Part shown: one piece after another, positions 55,350 through 64,000 of the stretch
How the letters are laid out: the number at the start of each line of letters is the position of its first letter
Position numbering within the stretch: position 1 is the first letter of the stretch
Assembly (NCBI RefSeq): GCF_009914755.1
Contig: NC_060925.1
Reading direction: 5' to 3' (one strand)
Length of the DNA: 64,000 nucleotides
Source: the human T2T-CHM13v2.0 reference genome, Homo sapiens
The notes under the pieces: model-generated
Database searches by the model: none
What the model was told of the DNA's origin: nothing
Seen by the model: only the letters and a program-made list of their open reading frames with translations
Translations under genes and position numbers: made by a program

Positions 55350-55660
55350 TTTTATTTATTATTATTTATTATTTTTATTTTTTTGAGACAGGGTCTCACT
55401 CTGCCATCCAGGCTGAGTGCAGTGGTGTGATCATGGCTCACTGGAGCCTCGAATTCTCAGGCTCAAGTGATCCTCCCACCTGAGCCTCAGCCTGGGACTA
55501 CAGGCATGCACCACTACACCTGGCTAATTTTTTGTATTTTTGTAAAGATGAGGTTTTGCCATGTTGCCCAAGCTGGTCTCCAGCTTCTGAGCTCAAGCAA
55601 TCCACCCACCTTGGCTTCTCAAAGTGTCAGAATTACAGGTGTGAGCCACCGCACCTAGCC
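55350..55660 (-). mobile_element. AluJ
   Basis: Diverged antisense dimer. Confidence 0.9.
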
Positions 55661-56744
55661 CTGGGAAAGATTTTAGACACAGCCTTCTCTGCTAAGCCTG
55701 CTGCTTACTGTATAGCTGATTTAACTTGGTTTCACAAATAGTTGTCATCTCAACTCTGTGATGGCACAAATTCCTGGACTTGGACGGTATCATTTGCAGG
55801 CCACAGTAAAAACAAAAAACAAAACTTCCCTTAGCAGAACCCAACCTGCCTTTATTTCTCTCTGCAGAATGGCCAGCCCTTGCCTGAGCTCCCGTCTTTA
55901 TTGTAGCAAGAGGTAGTTGACAAGCACTCATGTTCTGAATTCTGCCAACCATTTGTCTCAAGCTACAAATTTGGTTGGCCAGTGGTCTGCCTTCCATGCT
56001 ATCAGAGGCAACAAATTTTTCCATGCCATAAAAAGCATGCTGATGCCAATGTTTTAGATTCTGTTTTGGTACAGAATACCAACTTTTTTGTTAAAATGTA
56101 GGTTTGGCTGCTGTTAGCAGAGTTTCCAAATAAAGTACTTAAAAGTTGATAGTAATGGAACCCTTCCTTTCATATCCTGGGTGTGGGCAGTCCAGGGCTG
56201 ATGTGTGGCTCCATTATACACAGGGACCCATGCCCCTTTTCTTCTGTTGTGCAGCCTTCCCTGGAGTGTTGCTCTTATCTAGGTCCGGGATGGCTGCCCA
56301 CCACCTTACCTTCATGCCAGCTAACATGCCAACAGGGGAGAAAGATGGAGGAAGGCACACCTTTCTCAGAGATTGAACATATCTGTTGCACTCATGTCGC
56401 ATTAATCAAAACTTAGCTAAGCCTACCTCTAGCAGCAAGGAGGGCTGTGAAATATCAGTCTTATTCTGGGTGTCATCTGTCAAGCTAAACATTGGGGATT
56501 TGACAAACCAAATGAAACAGAGAATTGATGTTGGGAAACAACCAATAGTTTATACTGTCCTAAGCATTCCCTCCAAATCTGGTGAAAATCACTGTCATTT
56601 TCAAGTGGTAGTGTTACAGAGAGAAGACAGAACTTAATTTTATATGGGCAGCTAGATTTTTGGAAGAGACCTTGGCCGTCAATTATTCCAACCCCACTTT
56701 AGAAAGGAACCAAGGCACAAACATTGCCATTGTACGAGTCTTAA

Positions 56745-56970
56745 ACTACTTTATTGAGGTATGATTCACATACTATATAATTTACCCACTTAAAGTGAAT
56801 CATTCAATATTTTTTAGTCTATTCACAGAACTGTACAACCATCACCACAATCTAACTTCAGAATATTTCCATGATCCTAAAAGAAACCCCTTACATTAGC
56901 AGCCAATCTCCCTTGCTTCCCTACCCCTTCAGCCTTAAGCAGCCGTTAGTCTACTTTCAGTCTCTACGTT
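56745..56970 (-). mobile_element. L1M 3' end fragment
   Basis: ctttattgaggtatgattcacata...attcacagaactgtacaaccatcaccacaatc. Confidence 0.78.
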
Positions 56971-57479
56971 TGTGTGGGTAGACTTTACATGGACCAAATG
57001 TCCAGTTTTGGTTGCCAGGCAGGGGAAGTTCCATTTACCAAGTGAAACCACAGGATCATGAGAAGCAAAGTAAGGGCTGTGTCAGGAGCAGTGGAATTAG
57101 TATCCCATGCTTCTGTGTGCCTTGTCCTGAGCATGGGAGGGTTAAAGATGTCCTCATTCGCAAGGAGCTGCCAGTTGAATGGGGAAGATTGACACATGCA
57201 AAACCAGACAGTAACCATTAGGTATTATAAAAGCTAACACAGAAGGAAAAAGAGATGGTCATGGGAGCTCAGGGCCAGCCTGGGATAGGCGAGTGTGCCT
57301 GGGATGGGTGGTGTGCCCAGCGAAGGCGTTCTGCAGAAGATAAGTGTGTCTTTCTTGGCAGACTCTCTGTCCACAGCAGACCAGGCTGTCAAAAAAAGGA
57401 GGCGACATTTCTCCAGAATAGCTTCTTCATTTTCGTGAGGGTAAGCAATCAGATTTCTTTTTTTATAAACATATTTGAA

Positions 57480-57930
57480 CTTATATATCCAAATTAGTAT
57501 CGTACCCTGCCAAATCGCCACTCTGGGAACCATGCACGCACTCCAGTGATGCGTGTAGTGCTCAAAGCATTTGAAACTCCTCTATGGGAATTATCTTTCA
57601 GCCAGTCAGTTTATGGGTCACCTAGGAAAACCAGTCACATTATTTTATAGTCATGCCTCATTTTTCACCTAAAGCGATGTAACAAGATTTGATCACCCAC
57701 TTTATTCATTAGACATGGCTCCAGCCAATTTTTGTCTTTTTCCAAAGTTCAAATCTATTCTCAAAGGATGAGATTTGTCATGACTGAGGACTTTCAAAGA
57801 AAGTGCCGCAGACAGTAAAAACAGTTACCCACTAAAAGAGTTAGAGAGGTGTCAGCATTGTTTGAATAAATATGTTGTTTCCCAAGGTGATTGTTTTGAA
57901 AGAGATAATGCTAATTGAGATGAATGTACT
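57480..57930 (+). mobile_element. MARNA-like mariner fossil
   Basis: From 57694 it translates HPLYSLDMAPANFCLFPKFKSILKG*, a decayed mariner HPPYSPDLAP.DF.LFPKLK motif. Confidence 0.75.
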
Positions 57931-59316
57931 CAACTGGCATAACTGTTTAAAGGGAGTTACTGTATTTTATACTGTTCAAGCACATTGACCTGTAGAGAGG
58001 AGCTTAAGAGACAGTTCTTGCTGAGGCAGAGTCTGGCATTCTGCTTTCTGCAGCCTACCGCAGTGGCCTGGGGATACAGTTCTCTTCCATTCTGGTAAAC
58101 GTTTAAACCTGCTTTGGTGAGGCATTTAGGAGCTGTACAAAATGGGAAGGTTTGTTAAAATATAAACCGACAAAATGGCCAAATACCCGGCCCTGACCGA
58201 GGAAGAGAGTCCTGTCAGCTCTAAACCATAGAACTTGAAACCCAAATGCTAAGCCAGTGCCCACCTCGACTGTGTGAAATTGTCCCCTGACTTCAGAGGC
58301 CAGAAAATGGATCTGGGATGGTATAACTGGGTGGGGACAGGGAAAGGCCTTTTGATTTAGCAATAAAACTATTAGGTTATACCACCTCCATGGGGACTTT
58401 GAAAAATGCATTCTGTGGAACAAGATGAAGTGCTTTTTAAAGGAAGATTTTGAAATGAAGCAAAAGGGAAATCAGTGTAGAAAACTCAGATGGAATCAGG
58501 GATAAGACTGGCACCTGTCATGAAAGCCCAGCTTCCTCTCTGGGCTGGGCCACACAGTTCACTCTAACCGCTTTGTGGTCAAATCCATGAGAAAATCACT
58601 TACCCCACAGTTTGCCATAGACAGCTCCTCCATATGTAGAAGTGGTATTCGAAAGAGTAATCGTAATATCTGCCTTGAAAGATTCTTGTGAGGATGAAAT
58701 AAAATTTGTGAAGCACTTGTTATAGGGCCTGACATTGTAACTGGTTAGTAAAGAGAAGATTCTGATGATTCTATGATTATTATGATTATTCCAAATACTG
58801 AGGCCATTGGAAGGCAGAGGGAGGGGATAAGAAGATGGGCCTAGGGAGGGTCTTTGTGCCTCTTACCACCCTCACTTTTTGGCTGTCCTATCCTGCCTCT
58901 GTCCACACATTATCCCTTGGACTTTTTCTGTCAGGCAGAGGTTCACAGTTGCTCTAAATCTCAGCCACAGGCCCATCAATCTGAGATCTTCACCTGTTTT
59001 GAGTCACCAGCTAGCAGTGGCTAGCTAAGGATGGATATTTCAGGATGGATCTGTGGAATGGTTACTGGGCCCAGGCCAATGTCTTGCTGCAGATGGGAAG
59101 CTGCAAGAAATGTATGCTGGCATTTCTGGAAACCTCCTGGGACATGTGAATGTGTTCATTTGACAAGCATTGCGGAACACTTTTGTATGCCAGGCACTGT
59201 GCACAGTGGTTGGGGGTACAGGATGAGTAAGACAAAGTCCTTGTGCTTAGGGTGCTCATGCTGGTGGGGGAGACAGGCACTCCATGGGTAGTTACAACAG
59301 GGTGCGAATTCTATTA

Positions 59317-59735
59317 CAGTCAGTCCTTGACTTACCATGGAATGATGAATTACAGTTGTCCAACTTTACAGTGGTGTAAAAGTGATACACATTCAGTAGA
59401 AACCATACTTTGGATTTTGGATTTTGATCTTTTCTCAGGCTAGCAAAATGCAGGATGATACTCTAGGAGTGAGCCACACCTCCCAGTCCACCACGCGGTC
59501 CCGAGGGTAAACGACCAATAATGTACAATACAGGGTACTGTATTTAATAAATTACACGAGATCTTCCAACATTTTATTATAAATTAGGCTTTGTGTTCAA
59601 TGATTTTCCCTAACTTTAGGCTAAGGTAAGTGTTGTGGGCCCATTTAAGGTAGGCTAGGCCAGGCCATGATGTTTGGTAGGTTAGGTGGATCAGATGCAT
59701 TTTTGACTGATGATATTTTCAACTTACAATGGGTT
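59317..59735. mobile_element. MER47/Tigger5-type DNA transposon fossil
   Basis: cattcagtagaaaccatacttt...tttaaggtaggctaggc...atattttcaacttacaatgggtt. Confidence 0.78.
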
Positions 59736-61411
59736 CCAAATGGAAGTCAGACCACTTGGTGGCTACCTAATTTTACCACATAACCTCAGTTCATAGTAGT
59801 GGGTTGGAAGTGAAGACTTTGAGATTTTGCTTCAAATTTCAGTTTCATAATTAATTGTACAATATCATGTATACTGCTTAACTTATCTAAAACTGTTTTC
59901 TCACCAGTAAAGTGGGATTAATTCCAATATATGCTATATCAGAGAATTTTATGAGGATAGAATGAAATAATGTACATACAAAGGTTTTGTGAATTCTAAG
60001 GTGCCACTCAAATATGAATTATTTGGTTGTTTTTGAAACTGTAATGTTGCTTCAGGAAAGTCATTCCACTGGACTAATGTAAGCCTCTTGCCAAAAACAA
60101 ATCTCTACACACAGTTTCGTCTAGTTCTCTCAAAGTCCAAAATTCAGATGTGCTAAAGAATAATAAAAAAAAAAGTTACAGGCGTTTTGCCATTTTGAGA
60201 ATCTTAGTGGAATATCAAAATTACATCTTTTATGTTAAAATTTATGTTAAAAGTATATATAATCTTTGGTGTGAGATCTGAGTTTGATTCCTGGACATGG
60301 TAGTTATTAGCTGTTTAATCTTGGGCAAATTGCTTGAGCTGCTTCTTTACTCATTTGTGAAATTAATATGTTGGGGGTTTTGATGGGAAATACAGACACT
60401 TTAAACTTCTTGCAAAAGGTTTCCCGGCCATTACCCCCTCATTTTAACTTCTCTTCTTCCCAGATTTGCCAATGACCTGTCAAGATGCTCTACACCTATT
60501 AGCTTATAAATTTCAGAACAGAAATATCTTTCTTACAGAGAGTGTTTCATGCACAGAGCCTGGGGGGAGGGAGAACTGTTCTGTATAACTTTAGGTTTTC
60601 AGTAATATGTCGTCAGCCTGATACTTAAGTTTTCTCAAAAGAACACAGCAGCCAGCCCCAAAGTAAGCAAAATTGATCCTGAGTAGCTTAAGTACTGGTT
60701 ACGGTGTTTGGTGTTTGTATGCCAGGTCTACCCCTTATGGTTTTAGGATAGTGGTTCTGGTGAATAGTTGATTAGGTCCACTTGCTCCAGAAATCTCCGT
60801 GAATAAGATTTGATGGGGTGCTTTCCATCCCTGAAACATTTACTGAATGTTTTCTTATTGCTTAATACAGTGCTGTGTATTTGGGGCATGCAGTAGTGCA
60901 TAAAACGGTCTCCGCAAGTGGGCATTGCAATATAGTGTGAGAAGTGCCTCGTTAGGGTGTATTGGGGGCCCTAGGGAGGGGAACACGCAGGGGTGGTCAG
61001 AGGAAGCTTCCCAGGGGAGATGTGTTTAAGCCAAGTCCTGAAGGATGATAAAGAGGAAGCCAGGAAAAAGTGTAGACATGGGGGTATGAAGAAGACATTC
61101 TGTGTAGTGGGAGCAGCCCTTGCAAAACAAGGAGATCCTTGTAGAAAGTAAAAGCACAGCCTTAGACTGTAAAGTAGGACTCATCCTAACTCCAGCATTG
61201 CAGGAAGGGAAGAGGGAGGCCGCCGGTGACTCAGCTGCCTTAACCCCTGAGGTCACACAGGTCCTTAACCCCTGAGGCTTTCTTTTATACACAGGCCAAC
61301 ATAAGACCCAGTCTGGGAATTATCCTAAGGCCCAGCCTGGGAATTCTCTTATGGCCCTGAGGGAAGGGAGGATTTTGGAGACAGGATCAAAAACCTAAAA
61401 AGCTATCTGTA

Positions 61412-62132
<721 letters not shown>

Positions 62133-63074
62133 CTACTGTCTTCACTGGGACAGGCCTTCTAACTTGGGTCAACTGGCCTGAACCCATACGTAGAATGATT
62201 GATATATAGTTCACTAAGTTAAATTATACATTTATAGACGCAAAAAAAATTTTGACATACAGTGTGGTTGTGTTGTATCCTACTGCTCTAATATTAGGAA
62301 AGGGGCTGGGATGCTAGGTCAGCTGGGACCCTCTTTTTCTCGCTTGCATTCATCTCTTTTTCTCTCTTACTCTCACCACTTTTCTACCTCATGTTGAGTA
62401 GCGCCATGAAGACCCCTCCTTCATCACTCTGCCTGCAGTTATCCTGGGAAGCAATTATAAGCTTTCAGCCTCAACCATGCAGACTAACTGGCTCTACTTC
62501 CTTCACTATTGCAGTTTCTAGTTCTGTTCGTAATTGTTGCACAAGACTTTGTGCTATTGCAACTACTTGGAATGCCAGTTCCAGGCAGAGTGCCCTCTGT
62601 TGTAGACACCTTGTGCTTTGGGAAGTTGTCTGTGATTAGGGGAGTAATTTTCTATTTGAGGTTGGTCTCAGGAAGGGAAACCACTCCTGACTCCTGCCTG
62701 AAAACTCGCCTCCTTGCTCAGAAACACTAATTACAGGGTTCGTTTGATGCTCTCACTTAAATATTTTAGTCACTCACACATTTATTGACTATCTGTATGT
62801 GCCCAACCCCATTCCAGGTACTGAGGTTAAAAATGAGTGAGATGCAGTCTCTCCATACCACAGAGCAAAGGAGGAAGCTTGTTTGTGTATATGGAGCATG
62901 GCCCATGCAGGGTTACTTAATGCTAGAAACCAAACACTCTGAGGCAAAGAAAAGGTGTAGGGGGTTGGGGGGCAGGGTAGAGGAATAGTCTACCCAGACT
63001 GCCTGTCACTCAGACCAGCCACTCTGCTGCAAAAGGAGTTGGCTTATCTTTTTTTTTTTTTTTTTTTTTTAAGC

Positions 63075-63550
63075 ACTTAGCAGTTTCCTAGGGCTGCTAT
63101 CTGCTGTAACAAACTGTGTGGCTTAAAACAATGGATATTTATTCTCTTGCACTTCTGGCAGCTTAGAAGTCTGAAATCGAGGTGACAGCAGGACCATGCT
63201 CCCTCTGAAGGCTCTAGGGGAGACTCTTTCCTTGCCTCTTCCTAGCTTCTGGTGGTGGCTAGCAATCCCTGGTGCAGTGTAACTTCAATCTCTACCTCTG
63301 TCTTCACGTGGCATTCTTCCCTATGTATCTCTTCTGTCTCTGTCTCCAAATTTCCCTCTCCTAAATCCTGTCATTGAATTTAGGGCCACCCTAATCCAGT
63401 ATGCTCTCATTGTAACTTGATTACATCTGCAAAGACCCTATTTCCAAATAAGGTCACATCCCCAGGTTCCTGGGTTAAGACTTCAATGTATCTTTTTTTT
63501 TTTTTTTTTTTGGAGGGGGCGGGAGTAGTGCACCATTCAACCATGACATC
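63075..63550 (-). mobile_element. MLT1 (A/B/C-like) LTR
   Basis: ggcttaaaacaatggatatttattctc...ttacatctgcaaagaccctatttccaaataaggtcacat. Confidence 0.82.
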
Positions 63551-64000
63551 TATACTCTGTCCACCAAATGCAGGTGGGTTTTGTACAGACACCAAAGCAC
63601 ATATACTTTGCACTTGGGCAGTAGCCCTTTGGGAGTCACTTGGGATCTATTTCCTCTTAATTTTCTTCAAGTTTAAACAAATTTGATCATCCAAAGGAGC
63701 CATACATAGCCCAATGATGAGAAACGTGAGCTTTGGCTTTAAAACTGGTGTTGAAGCCTGCCTTTCCAATTTATTGTGAGTCCTGGAGCAACTCGTGTAA
63801 CTTCTTTAATCCTCAGTTTCCTTATCAGTAAAATGGGAATAGTGAGAATACCTACACCACTGAGTTGTTATTAAGCCTGCATGAAAACCTACATGTAATG
63901 ATATACACTGTGCTGAGCACTTTACATGATCTCATATAGTCTTTTCAACAACTCTTAATTGATTGGTATTTAGACTTCTGTTTTACAGATGCAGAAATAG

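Noticed and set aside
54013-56440. ORF cluster in PGM1 intron 1 as additional exons
   Set aside because: No phosphoglucomutase similarity. The region looks like old MaLR LTR/internal sequence plus an Alu and a TG repeat.

Overview
Primate (human-like) genomic DNA, AT-rich and repeat-dense. The genes match human EFCAB7 and PGM1 (1p31.3) from my recall of those proteins; no database search was run. On the + strand it holds the last seven coding exons and 3' UTR of EFCAB7 (1521-22310). All seven splice in frame with GT-AG boundaries, include an EF-hand loop DLDGNGLLSLEE, and end in ...YCIYSLIS*. It also holds the CpG-island promoter, exon 1 (ATG 43283, donor after 43528) and the first ~20 kb of intron 1 of PGM1. 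Bases 1-445 look like the poly(A)-tailed 3' end of a retrocopy, probably DLEU2L. The rest is mostly Alu, L1, L2, MIR, MaLR LTRs and DNA-transposon fossils, and nearly all ORFs in the track are repeat-derived. I see no evidence of a new protein-coding system. The most unusual structures are (i) an AluY flanked by a 177-bp target-site duplication, (ii) a U5-less, poly(A)-tailed, 5'-truncated HERV-H copy lying antisense ~50 nt past the EFCAB7 poly(A) signal, (iii) an old inverted-duplication/palindrome scar at 40110-40702, (iv) an essentially full-length Tigger2 nested in an L1, and (v) several small template-switch hairpins. Repeat subfamily names are by eye and approximate.
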